In this document: piece after piece, positions 8,772 through 18,609 of the stretch
How positions within the stretch are numbered: the stretch's first letter is position 1
How the letters are laid out: every line of letters begins with the position of its first letter
Origin: an uncultured Christensenella sp.
GTDB lineage: Bacteria > Bacillota > Clostridia > Christensenellales > UBA1242
Length of the DNA stretch: 64,000 nucleotides
NCBI GenBank assembly: GCA_949296965.1
Contig: CASFQL010000010.1
Coordinates: 194,115 to 258,114 of the forward strand
Direction: 5' to 3'
The notes under the pieces: model-generated
Databases searched by the model: none
Told to the model about the DNA's origin: nothing
Seen by the model: the letters and a program-made list of their open reading frames with translations, nothing else
Translations under genes and position numbers: made by a program

Positions 8772-9134
8772 ATGTTTAATGATAAAAAATTAACGGGAAA
8801 AATTGGAGAAAATTTTGCTGTATATTTATTAGAGCAAAAGGGATATAAAATAATTGAAACTAATTTTAGAAATAAAATTGGAGAAATTGACATAATAGCA
8901 AAAGATGAAGATGTTTTTGTTTTTGTAGAAGTTAAACTTAGGAATAATTTAGATTTTGGTTTCCCACAGGAAGCAATCAATAAAAAGAAGCAGTTTAATA
9001 TAAAAAATACAGCCCTTTCTTATCTAAAATCTAAGGGGCTTCTTGGTCAAGTTCAAATAAGATTTGATTGCATTTCAATTATCGGTGAAAACTATTATGA
9101 TTGTGAGATTAATCATATAGAGAACATTTTTTAG
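8772..9134 (+). CDS. YraN family (UPF0102) endonuclease-like protein
   Basis: GEIDIIAKD...VFVFVEVKLR motif; about 120 aa. Confidence 0.85.
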   Translation: MFNDKKLTGKIGENFAVYLLEQKGYKIIETNFRNKIGEIDIIAKDEDVFVFVEVKLRNNLDFGFPQEAINKKKQFNIKNTALSYLKSKGLLGQVQIRFDCISIIGENYYDCEINHIENIF

Positions 9135-9196
9135 TCTATTTTTAATGTTTTAAAACAATTTCTAGCAAGTTAGTTGTTTTAAATGTAAAAAAACAC

Positions 9197-9225
9197 TTGC
9201 AAAATTTTTGTTTGTGTGATATTAT
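9197..9225 (+). promoter_or_regulatory. Sigma-A type promoter for rplS
   Basis: TTGCAA (9197-9202), 17 nt spacer, TATTAT (9220-9225), with TG at 9217-9218 (extended -10). Confidence 0.55.
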
Positions 9226-9253
9226 AACTTGCAATTTGAATGGAGGTGAAAAT

Positions 9254-9595
9254 ATGAACCTTGTAGATGTTATTGAAAAGGAAAGTGTTAAAGATTCGGT
9301 CCCTGAATTCGGTATTGGTGATACTGTTAAAGTTTATTACAAGATTAAAGAAGGTAATAAAGAGAGAGTTCAAGGTTATGAAGGCACTGTTATTGCTCGT
9401 AAACATGGTGGTATTAGAGAAAATTTTACAGTTAGAAGAATTTCCTTTGGTATTGGCGTAGAAAGAACATTTCCACTCCATAGCCCAAGAATTGATAAGA
9501 TTGAAGTTCTAAAAAAAGGTAAAGTTAGAAGAGCAAAATTATTCTATCTTAGAAACCTTTCAGGTAAAGCAACTAATATTAAAGAAGCAAGATAA
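9254..9595 (+). CDS. rplS: 50S ribosomal protein L19
   Basis: [10 protein letters not shown]...FGIGDTVKV...[10 protein letters not shown] trimmed the start to ATG 9254 behind GGAGGTG; the track start 9197 lies inside the promoter. Confidence 0.95.
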   Translation: MNLVDVIEKESVKDSVPEFGIGDTVKVYYKIKEGNKERVQGYEGTVIARKHGGIRENFTVRRISFGIGVERTFPLHSPRIDKIEVLKKGKVRRAKLFYLRNLSGKATNIKEAR

Positions 9596-9598
9596 AAG

Positions 9599-9627
9599 AC
9601 TTTGTTTAATTTAACAAAGTTTTTTTA
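9599..9627 (+). terminator. Intrinsic terminator after rplS
   Basis: ACTTTGTT (9599-9606) pairs with AACAAAGT (9613-9620), followed by T7. Confidence 0.7.
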
Positions 9628-9723
9628 TTTTAAAATTCTATTTTTTACTATTTAGGTAAATGTTTTTTACTATTTTGAAATATAAATTTATTAGTAATTT
9701 TTGGTATATATTTAGTTTTTAGG

Positions 9724-9810
9724 GAACTTTGTGCTGTAAAAATTTAAAAAATTTTTACTATGAAATTTTAAAAAATTTCATTCAAAAGTAGAACTTTTGG
9801 CACAAAGTTC
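9724..9810 (+). repeat. Four-way-junction intergenic element, copy c
   Basis: Closing stem GAACTTTGTGC / GCACAAAGTTC encloses GTAAAAATTT-aaa-AAATTTTTAC, ATGAAATTT..AAATTTCAT and CAAAAGT-aga-ACTTTTG. GTTTT follows. Confidence 0.85.
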
Positions 9811-10000
9811 GTTTTATTATAAGTAGACAAAATATATAAATGAGTTTAGCAACAAATTAAATATATTTTTCATTAATTGAACAATTTTTAATTACAAATC
9901 AAAATAAATGTATCAATATATCTTTTAAAGCAAAAAAATAATTGTCGAACAATGTTATTTTGTTATATAATGACTTTTGAATAAAATAAAGGGGAGTGTG

Positions 10001-11539
10001 ATGTTATCAATAATTAACTCTTTTGGACTACTTGGACTTGATGGATATCTTGTTAAAGTAGAAGTTGATATTAATAAAGGTTTGCCTAGTTATGATGTAG
10101 TAGGACTTGCTGATGCTTCAATTAAGGAATCTAAACAAAGAGTTGTTTCGGCAATAAAAAATCAAAAATATAAATATCCTGTAAATAAAATTACAATTAA
10201 TCTTGCCCCAGCAGATACAAAGAAAGAGGGCTCAATATATGACTTACCAATTTCGATAGCCATTTTATCTGCTACAAGTCAAATTGAAATGAAGAAAGAA
10301 GAATTAAAAGATTTTGCTTTTATAGGAGAACTTTCGCTTGACGGCTCTTTAAGAAAAATTAAGGGCGTTCTACCAATTTTAATAACTGCTAGAAAATTAA
10401 AAATTAAAAATGTAATTGTGCCTTTTGAAAACGGAAGTGAGGCTAGATTTATTGAAGGTTTGACTGTTTATCCTGCTAAGAATTTGGAAGATGTTGTTAA
10501 GTTTTTAAATAAAGAAATTGACTTAACGCCTGTAATGAATTTATCTTATGATGAAATTAAAACAACAAATAGGACATCAAGTGATTTTTCGCACATAAAA
10601 GGGCAAGCAAGTGCTAAAAGAGCACTTGAAATCTCTGCTGCTGGTGGGCATAATGTTTTGATGATTGGACCGCCAGGAAGCGGGAAAACAATGCTTGCTA
10701 AGGCTTTTCCAACAATTTTACCCGATATGACCTTTGAGGAAGCCCTTGAAAGCACTAAAATTCATAGCATAGCAGGCACACTTGATAATGATGTTGGCAT
10801 TATCGCTGAAAGACCTTTTAGGTCGCCACATCACACTACAACAATTGTTGCTCTTGCTGGTGGTGGAGCCAAGGCAAAGCCAGGTGAGATTAGTCTTGCT
10901 CACAACGGAGTATTGTTTTTAGATGAAATGCCTGAGTATAATCTTCATACATTAGAAGCACTTAGACAACCTCTTGAAGATGGAGTTATAACAGTTTCAA
11001 GGAATATGCAAACAGTTGTCTACCCAGCAAATTTTATTTTAATTGCGAGTATGAACCCTTGTCCCTGTGGCAATTATGGTTCAACATTAAAACCTTGCAA
11101 GTGTTCGCCAAGTCAAATACATAAATATTTAAGCAAACTTAGTGGACCATTGATGGATAGAATTGATATGTATATTGAAGTAGATAGTGTTAGTTATAAT
11201 GACATAAGCACAAAAGCACAAGAAGAAAGTTCAAGTGAGATTAAAAAAAGAGTTGACGCAGCAAGAAAAATTCAGTCAAATAGATATAAGGGTAAAAAAA
11301 TATATAGTAATAGCAAAATGACAAATCAGATGATAAAAGAATTTTGTGTGCTAGACGATGAATGTAATGCTTTACTTGAAAATGCTTTTGCTAAATTAAA
11401 ATTGACCGCTAGGGCATATAGTAGAATTTTAAAAGTTGCTAGAACTATTGCCGATTTAGATAATAGTTTGAATATAAAAATGGAGCATTTAATTGAAGCA
11501 ATAAATTATAGAAATTTGGACGATAAATATTGGACTTAA
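10001..11539 (+). CDS. YifB/ComM family Mg-chelatase-like ATPase
   Basis: MIGPPGSGKTMLAK Walker A, GVLFLDE Walker B and a Lon-protease-like N domain. I trimmed the start to ATG 10001 behind AAGGGGAG. Confidence 0.9.
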   Translation: MLSIINSFGLLGLDGYLVKVEVDINKGLPSYDVVGLADASIKESKQRVVSAIKNQKYKYPVNKITINLAPADTKKEGSIYDLPISIAILSATSQIEMKKEELKDFAFIGELSLDGSLRKIKGVLPILITARKLKIKNVIVPFENGSEARFIEGLTVYPAKNLEDVVKFLNKEIDLTPVMNLSYDEIKTTNRTSSDFSHIKGQASAKRALEISAAGGHNVLMIGPPGSGKTMLAKAFPTILPDMTFEEALESTKIHSIAGTLDNDVGIIAERPFRSPHHTTTIVALAGGGAKAKPGEISLAHNGVLFLDEMPEYNLHTLEALRQPLEDGVITVSRNMQTVVYPANFILIASMNPCPCGNYGSTLKPCKCSPSQIHKYLSKLSGPLMDRIDMYIEVDSVSYNDISTKAQEESSSEIKKRVDAARKIQSNRYKGKKIYSNSKMTNQMIKEFCVLDDECNALLENAFAKLKLTARAYSRILKVARTIADLDNSLNIKMEHLIEAINYRNLDDKYWT

Positions 11540-11646
11540 TTTTAAATTTGAGATGATTATTGGACTTAAAATTTTTATTAAACGAGATTTTATGCGTAAA
11601 TTATTGCTTTTGGGTTTATAAAAGATAAGTTTTTTATGAGGGTAAA

Positions 11647-12738
11647 ATGAATAATACGGATAAAGCACTTATTTGGTTTGATAGTTTTGACTTTATTAGT
11701 TACAATAAAAAGGCAAGAATAATTGAAATTTTTAAAAATCCTTGTGAAATTTGTGTTAAGAGTAAATTAATTGAGAAAAAATCACTTCTACTTAAAATAT
11801 TAAAAGAAGAAGAATTCTTAACTTTGGTAAAAGAGGCAAATGAAGAAAGTGTTAATAAAGTTTTAAATAGTTTAGAAAATTTAAAAATTAATGCTATTAC
11901 AAAATTTTCGCAAGAATACCCAGAAACTCTTTTAAATATTGACTCGCCACCTTTTGTTATTTACTACAAAGGCGATATTAGTTTGATGAATTCTAATTGT
12001 TTTAGTGTAGTTGGTTCAAGGACAATTACAAACTATGGAAAAGTTGTAACAGAAAAATTTGTTAAAGGACTTGTTGAAGTAGGCTTTACGATTGTTAGTG
12101 GTCTTGCTAGTGGAGTAGATACAGTTGCCCATAGAACAACTTTGCAAAATAACGGAAAGACAATCGCCGTTTTAGCAGGTGGACTTGATGAAATTTATCC
12201 TGTAACAAACACAATGTTAGCACAAGAAATTGTTCAAAGTGGTGGGTTACTTATTTCAGAAACAAGACCTAAAAAGAAAGCAGAAGCCTTTATGTTTCCA
12301 ATAAGAAACAGAATTATTGCTGGTCTTAGCCGTGCTGTTATTGTAACAGAGGCAAGAGAAAATTCGGGTTCTATACATACTAAAAATTATGCTATTGACT
12401 ATGGTAGAGATGTATTTGCCGTTCCTGGTAGTATTTTTGATGCTTCAAGTTATGGAACTAATAAAATGATTGTTGATAATGAAGCAAAAGCGGTAGTAAG
12501 TGTTGACGATATTTTAGAAGAATATAGCATAAGAAGATTTGCAGTTAAACCTGCAAAAAGTAATTTCACAGCAGAAGAAACTATTATAATAGAGTTGTTA
12601 AGAGAAAAAGAAAGGTCGTTCCAAGAACTTGTCGAAACTTCGGGGTTAGAAGTTAAAAAGCTTAACACTTTGTTGACATTGCTTTCAATTCGTGGAATAA
12701 TTAAAAAACTTGCAGGAAATGTTTATTATTTGAATTAA
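11647..12738 (+). CDS. dprA: DNA processing protein DprA
   Basis: VVGSRTITNYG...SGLASGVDTVAHR Rossmann-like DprA core. Upstream of topA as in Bacillus. Confidence 0.92.
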   Translation: MNNTDKALIWFDSFDFISYNKKARIIEIFKNPCEICVKSKLIEKKSLLLKILKEEEFLTLVKEANEESVNKVLNSLENLKINAITKFSQEYPETLLNIDSPPFVIYYKGDISLMNSNCFSVVGSRTITNYGKVVTEKFVKGLVEVGFTIVSGLASGVDTVAHRTTLQNNGKTIAVLAGGLDEIYPVTNTMLAQEIVQSGGLLISETRPKKKAEAFMFPIRNRIIAGLSRAVIVTEARENSGSIHTKNYAIDYGRDVFAVPGSIFDASSYGTNKMIVDNEAKAVVSVDDILEEYSIRRFAVKPAKSNFTAEETIIIELLREKERSFQELVETSGLEVKKLNTLLTLLSIRGIIKKLAGNVYYLN

Positions 12739-12751
12739 AAAGAAGGTAAAA

Positions 12752-14869
12752 ATGAAATTAGTTATTATAGAAGGTCCTGGTAAAAGAGAAACTTTAAAAA
12801 AATATCTAGGTTCAGATTATCAAGTAGTGGCCACCAAAGGTCATGTTAGAGATTTGCCTGTTAAGTCTATTGGTGTTGATATCTCCAAGAATTTTGAACC
12901 ACAATATGAGATAATGGAAGGGAAAGAGAGCATTATTAAAGAACTTAAAAAAATGGCTAGTAAATCAAGTCAAGTTCTTCTTGCTACCGACCCTGATAGA
13001 GAAGGAGAGGCTATTTCTTGGCATATAAGTCATATTTTAAATATTGATGAAAACGAACCTTGCAGAATAGAATTTAATGAAATTTCTGAAAGTGTTGTAA
13101 AAAAGGCTTTACTTAATCCAAGAAAAATAAATATGAATTTAGTAAATGCTCAGCAAGGTAGAAGAATTTTAGATAGATTGGTAGGGTATAAGGTTTCGCC
13201 TATAATTTGTAGAAAAATAAAACCTAATCTGAGCGCTGGTAGAGTTCAATCTGTTTGTTTAAAACTTATAGTTGATAGAGAAAAAGAAATTACTAACTTT
13301 AAGCCACAAGAGTATTGGTCAATTAATTTGTTAGTTGAAAAAAATGGCACGAAATTTAAGGCAAATTTGGCTACAAAATGTGCTAAGAAGTTTGTCCCAG
13401 CAAATCAACAAGAAACAAATGAAGTTGTAGAATATATAAAAGATAAGGATATTATTGTAAAAGATATCAAAAGAACTGTTACAAAATCTAATCCGCCCGC
13501 ACCTTTTATTACTAGCACACTTCAACAAGATGCTCTAAATAAAATAGGTATGTCAATACCACAGACGACAAAGAGTGCACAAGTTTTATATGAAGGTGTA
13601 GAACTTGGTAGTGAAGGAAAAGTTGCTCTTATTACTTATATAAGAACAGATTCCACCCGTGTTTCGCCTGAGGCACAACAAAAGGCAAAGGATTACATTG
13701 TTAAGACCTATGGCAAGGAGTATGCTCCTGAGAAGTTTAATGTCTATAAAACAAAGAAAAACGCCCAAGATGCCCACGAGGCAATAAGACCTATTAGTTT
13801 AGAAAGAACCCCTGAAAGTGTAAAACAGTTTATGTCTAGCGAGAATTATAAACTATATAAGTTAATTTATGAAAGGTTTGTTGCTAGTCAAATGACTCAG
13901 GCAACATATGATTCTCAGGTTGTAAACATTGAAGTAGGTGATTATGGCTTTAAAGCCACAGGAAAGACACCGATTTTTGCTGGATATACAAGAGCATATA
14001 AAGTTTATGAAGAAACAAATAACGAAGATGAACAAAACGAAGCAAAACTTCCTGTATTAAAGGAACTTGATAAACTTAATCTTGTTGACATTTTAAAAGA
14101 ACAAAAATTTACAAAACCACCAGCAAGATTTACTGAGGCAACAATAATTAAAAGTATGGAAGAAAAAGGTATTGGTAGACCTGCAACATATGCGCCAACG
14201 GTAATGACTTTGTCTTATAGAAAGTATGTTGAAAAAGAAGGTAAATTTTTAAAACCTACCGAACTTGGAACTGTTGTTACTGAGTTTTTAGAAAAGTATT
14301 TCCCTGATATAATGAATGTTTCTTTCACAGCAGAAATGGAAGATAAACTAGATGAGATTGAAGAGGGACATGTAAAGTGGCAAGATGTTGTTGGGAAATT
14401 TTACCTAGCATTTGAGCAAGAGGTTCGTTCTGCTTTTAGAGAGTCTAAAAAAATGAGCGTTGCTCCACAAGTTAGTGATGTTATTTGTGAAAAGTGTGGG
14501 GCAAAGATGGTAATTAGAGAGGGCAAATACGATAAATTTCTTGCTTGTCCAAATTATCCAAGATGCCAAAATATAAAGAGTTTGGAAACGAAAAAGAAAA
14601 TAGTTTGTTCCTGCCCTGAATGTGGTAAAGATGTTGTTGAAAAATATACAAAAAACGGTAAACTTTTCTATGCCTGCTCTGGCTATCCATCTTGTTCTTT
14701 TGCAAGTTGGGAAAAACCTACTAATTTAAGATGTCCTAAATGCAAGAGTTATTTAACAGTTAGAGAAGGCAAGACTATTTATACTTATAAATGTTCAAAC
14801 AAAGAGTGTGATTATGAAAAGAAAGAAGATGCGCCAAGGGAAATAAAAAATGACAATGAAGAAAACTAG
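12752..14869 (+). CDS. topA: DNA topoisomerase I
   Basis: Toprim N-terminus LVIIEGPGK, active-site ITYIRTDS, and several C-terminal CxxC...CxxC zinc ribbons. Confidence 0.97.
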   Translation: MKLVIIEGPGKRETLKKYLGSDYQVVATKGHVRDLPVKSIGVDISKNFEPQYEIMEGKESIIKELKKMASKSSQVLLATDPDREGEAISWHISHILNIDENEPCRIEFNEISESVVKKALLNPRKINMNLVNAQQGRRILDRLVGYKVSPIICRKIKPNLSAGRVQSVCLKLIVDREKEITNFKPQEYWSINLLVEKNGTKFKANLATKCAKKFVPANQQETNEVVEYIKDKDIIVKDIKRTVTKSNPPAPFITSTLQQDALNKIGMSIPQTTKSAQVLYEGVELGSEGKVALITYIRTDSTRVSPEAQQKAKDYIVKTYGKEYAPEKFNVYKTKKNAQDAHEAIRPISLERTPESVKQFMSSENYKLYKLIYERFVASQMTQATYDSQVVNIEVGDYGFKATGKTPIFAGYTRAYKVYEETNNEDEQNEAKLPVLKELDKLNLVDILKEQKFTKPPARFTEATIIKSMEEKGIGRPATYAPTVMTLSYRKYVEKEGKFLKPTELGTVVTEFLEKYFPDIMNVSFTAEMEDKLDEIEEGHVKWQDVVGKFYLAFEQEVRSAFRESKKMSVAPQVSDVICEKCGAKMVIREGKYDKFLACPNYPRCQNIKSLETKKKIVCSCPECGKDVVEKYTKNGKLFYACSGYPSCSFASWEKPTNLRCPKCKSYLTVREGKTIYTYKCSNKECDYEKKEDAPREIKNDNEEN

Positions 14870-16163
14870 AGTTAGTGTAATTGGCGCTGGTCTTGCAGGT
14901 TGCGAAGCAAGTTACCAACTTGCAAAAAGAGGAATTGAAGTAGATTTGTATGATATAAAACCCAATTCTTTCACACCTGCCCATAAAAATAAAGATTTTG
15001 CAGAGATTGTTTGTTCTAATAGTTTAAAATCTTGTGATGAACTGTCTGCATCTGGTCTTTTAAAAAAAGAAATGCAAGAGTTTGACAGTTTAATCTTAAA
15101 GTGTGCCTATTTAAATAGAGTGCCGGCGGGCAATGCTCTTGCTGTTGATAGAGAGAAGTTTTCTCGTATGGTAACTGAAACTATAAAGAGTTTTAAAAAT
15201 ATTAATTTTATATCAAAAGAAGTAACAAACCTTCCAAAAGGAATTTGTATAGTTGCAACGGGACCTCTTACTACTGACAAATTAAGTAAAGAACTCTTCT
15301 CAATTATAAAGACTGATAATTTATATTTTTATGATGCATCAAGTCCAATAGTTGAGGCTAGTTCTATTGATATGTCAAAGGCATATATAAAAGACAGGTA
15401 TGATAAGGGCACGGGCGATTATATAAATTGCCCTATGAAAAAGGACGAGTATTTAAAGTTTTATAATCAACTAATTGAGGCTAAAAGAGTTGAACTTAGA
15501 GATTTTGAAAAAAAAGACATTTTTGAGGGTTGTATGCCAATAGAAATCATGGCTTCAAGGGGAGAAGACAGTCTTAGATATGGTCCATTAAAGCCTATTG
15601 GGTTAGATAACCCCATTACAAAAGAAAAATATTATGCAGTAGTTCAATTAAGAGCAGAAGACAAAGAAAAAAGGTTGTATAACCTTGTTGGATTTCAAAC
15701 AAATTTGCTTTTTAAAGAACAAAAAAGAATATTTAGTCTTATTCCCGGACTTGAAAAAGCAAAATTTGTTAAATATGGAGTTATGCATAGAAACACATAC
15801 ATTAATTCTCCACAAGTTTTAAATAACACATATGCATTAAAATCTAACGAAAAAATTTTTATTGCAGGACAGTTGAGTGGTGTTGAGGGGTATATGGAAA
15901 GCACTATGAGTGGTTTAATATGTGGAATTAATGCTTATCTTTTGTTAAATAATAAACCATTATTGAGTTTGAGTTCTAACACTATGATGGGCGCAATTAC
16001 AACTTATATTACTTCTGCTAGTAAAAAGAACTTTCAACCTATGAATGCTAATTTTGGTATTTTAAATTCACTTGACTATTTTGAGAAAGATGACAAAATA
16101 AAAAGGAGCAAACAAGTTATCCGCTCACTTGAAGAAATAAAGAATGTAGTAAATAATTTATAA
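14850..16163 (+). CDS. trmFO: Methylenetetrahydrofolate--tRNA-(uracil-5-)-methyltransferase TrmFO
   Basis: VIGAGLAGCEASYQLAKRG FAD-binding motif and GQLSGVEGYMES. topA-trmFO synteny. The start could be 14850 or 14856. Confidence 0.93.
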   Translation: MTMKKTRVSVIGAGLAGCEASYQLAKRGIEVDLYDIKPNSFTPAHKNKDFAEIVCSNSLKSCDELSASGLLKKEMQEFDSLILKCAYLNRVPAGNALAVDREKFSRMVTETIKSFKNINFISKEVTNLPKGICIVATGPLTTDKLSKELFSIIKTDNLYFYDASSPIVEASSIDMSKAYIKDRYDKGTGDYINCPMKKDEYLKFYNQLIEAKRVELRDFEKKDIFEGCMPIEIMASRGEDSLRYGPLKPIGLDNPITKEKYYAVVQLRAEDKEKRLYNLVGFQTNLLFKEQKRIFSLIPGLEKAKFVKYGVMHRNTYINSPQVLNNTYALKSNEKIFIAGQLSGVEGYMESTMSGLICGINAYLLLNNKPLLSLSSNTMMGAITTYITSASKKNFQPMNANFGILNSLDYFEKDDKIKRSKQVIRSLEEIKNVVNNL

Positions 16164-16173
16164 GGAGATTATT

Positions 16174-16710
16174 ATGGAAGGAATGAGAAGCACAACTATT
16201 GTTGCTGTAAAAAGGGATGGAAAGACTGCTATTGCAGGCGATGGACAAGTAACAGTAGGCGAAAAATTTATTGTTAAAAATAATGCAATAAAAGTTAGAA
16301 GAATTTATAACGATAAGGTTATTATTGGGTTTGCAGGCTCTGCTGCCGATGCTTTTAGTTTGTCCCAAAAATTTGAAGAATTATTGCAAAAATTTAGCGG
16401 TAACCTTATGAGAAGTGCCGTTGAACTTGCAATAGGTTTTAGAGAAGATAAGTATACTAGAAAACTTGATGCTCTTATGCTTGTAGCGGACAAGGATAAT
16501 CTATTATATGTTTCAGGCAATGGCGATGTCTTTGAACCAGAATACGGAGTTGCTGCTATTGGTAGTGGTGAATTTTATGCTCTTGCTGCTTCAAGGGCTT
16601 TAATTGAAAATACAAATTTATCCGCAAGAGAAATTGCTTTAAAGGCATTACAAATTACAAGCGATATTTGTGTTTTTACAAATGGTCATGTAACTATTGA
16701 GGAGGTTTAG
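16174..16710 (+). CDS. hslV: ATP-dependent protease subunit HslV
   Basis: TTIVAVKRDGKTAIAGDGQVT with the N-terminal Thr nucleophile region. Confidence 0.95.
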   Translation: MEGMRSTTIVAVKRDGKTAIAGDGQVTVGEKFIVKNNAIKVRRIYNDKVIIGFAGSAADAFSLSQKFEELLQKFSGNLMRSAVELAIGFREDKYTRKLDALMLVADKDNLLYVSGNGDVFEPEYGVAAIGSGEFYALAASRALIENTNLSAREIALKALQITSDICVFTNGHVTIEEV

Positions 16711-16713
16711 AAT

Positions 16714-18036
16714 ATGGACTATACACCAAAACAAATTGTTGAAGAACTTGATAAATATATAGTTGGACAAGATAAAGCAAAAAAGGCAGTTGCAATAGCA
16801 TTGAGAAACAGATATAGAAGAAGCAAACTTTCTAGGCAAATGCAAGAGGAAATAACTCCAAAAAATATTATTATGAAAGGTCCAACAGGAGTAGGTAAGA
16901 CTGAAATTGCTAGAAGACTTGCAAAACTTGTGAAAGCACCTTTTATAAAAGTTGAAGCAACTAAATACACAGAAGTTGGCTATGTTGGTAGAGATGTTGA
17001 AAGTATGGTTAGAGATTTAGTTGAAGCATCATTTAGACTTGTAAAAGATGAAAAGGTTAACGAAGTTACCGAAAAAGTTAAACCAATGGTTGATAAAAGG
17101 CTTTTTGATTTAATCTATCCACTTAAAAAGTCTAGTGTTGATGGGGTTGATGTTAATGGGGAAGAATTTAAAAATCACATTATGAAAAACCTTACTGAAA
17201 ATAAATATGATGATGAATTTATTGAATTAGAAGTTAAAGAAGCCCCAAAATCTTTTGATATGATGCCAGGTGGTGGCGGACTTGAAATTAATATCGGTGA
17301 TATTATGGGAGGTATTTTCCCACCTAGGAAGAAAAGAAGAAAACTAACTATTAGGGAAGCCCGTGAGATTTTAAACCAAGAAGAATGTGACAAAGTAATT
17401 GACCTTGATGCGACAAAGTCAGAGGCAATAAGGAGAGCAGAACAAGAGGGAATTATCTTTATTGATGAAATTGACAAAATTGCAGGAACAGGTGCTAGGT
17501 CAAGTGGCCCAGAAGTTAGTAGAGAAGGTGTGCAAAGAGATATCCTTCCAATAGTTGAGGGATGCACAGTAAATACTAAATATGGTATTATTAAAACTGA
17601 TTATATTTTATTTATTGCAGCAGGTGCTTTCCATGTTTCAAAGGTGGAAGACTTAATACCAGAATTGCAAGGGCGTTTCCCTATAAGAGTTGAACTTGAT
17701 AATCTTACGGCAGATGACTTTTATAAAATTTTGACAGAACCAAAGAACGCTGTTACACTTCAATATAAAGAACTTTTAAAAGTTGACAATATTAATTTGA
17801 TTTTCAAAGAAGACGCTTTAAGGGAACTAGCAAATTATGCTCAAACTGAAAATGAAACAAGTGAGAATTTAGGTGCAAGAAGACTTCACACAGTCCTTGA
17901 ACTTTTGCTTGAAGATATCAGTTATAATGCAGGTGGAGAACACTCAATGATAGATGTCGTTATTGATAAAAAATATGTCGAAAATGCTTATCAAAATTTC
18001 AATAAAGAACATGACCTTAGAAAATATGTTTTGTAA
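16714..18036 (+). CDS. hslU: ATP-dependent protease ATPase subunit HslU
   Basis: TPKQIVEELDKYIVGQDKAKKAVAIALRNRYRR and GPTGVGKTEIARRLA Walker A. Confidence 0.96.
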   Translation: MDYTPKQIVEELDKYIVGQDKAKKAVAIALRNRYRRSKLSRQMQEEITPKNIIMKGPTGVGKTEIARRLAKLVKAPFIKVEATKYTEVGYVGRDVESMVRDLVEASFRLVKDEKVNEVTEKVKPMVDKRLFDLIYPLKKSSVDGVDVNGEEFKNHIMKNLTENKYDDEFIELEVKEAPKSFDMMPGGGGLEINIGDIMGGIFPPRKKRRKLTIREAREILNQEECDKVIDLDATKSEAIRRAEQEGIIFIDEIDKIAGTGARSSGPEVSREGVQRDILPIVEGCTVNTKYGIIKTDYILFIAAGAFHVSKVEDLIPELQGRFPIRVELDNLTADDFYKILTEPKNAVTLQYKELLKVDNINLIFKEDALRELANYAQTENETSENLGARRLHTVLELLLEDISYNAGGEHSMIDVVIDKKYVENAYQNFNKEHDLRKYVL

Positions 18037-18103
18037 TTTGATAATAATTGTTTGTATTTTAATCTAATAATGTATATAATAATAGTTATAAAGGAGTTTA
18101 GTT

Positions 18104-18424
18104 ATGGAATTAAAACATTTAAGTTCAGAAGAATTTTCTTCAACAATAAAGAATAGTGATAAAGTTGTGTTAATTGATTTTTTTGCAACATGGTGCGGTC
18201 CTTGTAGAATGTTGGGACCAATCTTAGAAAATGTCCAAGATGAATTACAAGGGAAAGCAGAAATTTATAAGGTAGATATTGATGAGTGTGAAGATATTGC
18301 TAGACAATTTGGGATAATGAGTGTTCCTACAATGATAGTCTTTAAAGATGGTAAAGAAGTTGATAAAATGGTAGGACTTAGACAAAAAGACCAGATTGTT
18401 AATCTTTTAAATTCTCATATGTAG
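18104..18424 (+). CDS. trxA: Thioredoxin
   Basis: WCGPC active site; 106 aa. Confidence 0.95.
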   Translation: MELKHLSSEEFSSTIKNSDKVVLIDFFATWCGPCRMLGPILENVQDELQGKAEIYKVDIDECEDIARQFGIMSVPTMIVFKDGKEVDKMVGLRQKDQIVNLLNSHM

Positions 18425-18491
18425 ATTTTGATATTGAAAGACGCTAATTAAATAACTATGTGAGTTAATCAAAAAGTTAGTTAATCTAAAA

Positions 18492-18520
18492 AGAGTTGGG
18501 TTATGTGCAACTCTTTTTTT
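18492..18520 (+). terminator. Intrinsic terminator after trxA
   Basis: AGAGTTG (18492-18498) pairs with CAACTCT (18508-18514), followed by a T-run. Confidence 0.7.
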
Positions 18521-18553
18521 ATATACATATTCAACATATTTTTAGTTTAGGTA

Positions 18554-18581
18554 TTGACAAATTTATATAAAAATGTAAAAT
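18554..18581 (+). promoter_or_regulatory. Candidate sigma-A promoter for nifS-nifU
   Basis: TTGACA (18554-18559), 16 nt spacer, TAAAAT (18576-18581) preceded by TG. Confidence 0.5.
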
Positions 18582-18609
18582 TTTAATAGATAAAAGAGAA
18601 GGTGTTAGT

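Noticed and set aside
9197-9253. N-terminally extended starts given by the ORF track (rplS 9197, comM-like 9977, thrS 25956, scpA 50405, ffh 1814, DacF-like 48496, nifU-like 19796).
   Set aside because: The extensions run through promoters, terminators or upstream genes, and they add non-homologous residues. Internal ATGs with proper RBS spacing restore the canonical N-termini.
9944-9950. Exact Spo0A 0A-box heptamer TGTCGAA upstream of the comM-like gene.
   Set aside because: By rough base-composition reasoning, a single 7-mer is expected by chance several times on the two strands of a 64-kb AT-rich window. There is no cluster and no link to a sporulation gene.
14850-18036. Absence of codV (xerC) between trmFO and hslV, of codY after hslU, and of hfq after miaA (60828-61775) relative to the Bacillus/Clostridium order.
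   Set aside because: The absences are real in this window, but the genes may simply be encoded elsewhere, so a loss cannot be concluded from 64 kb.
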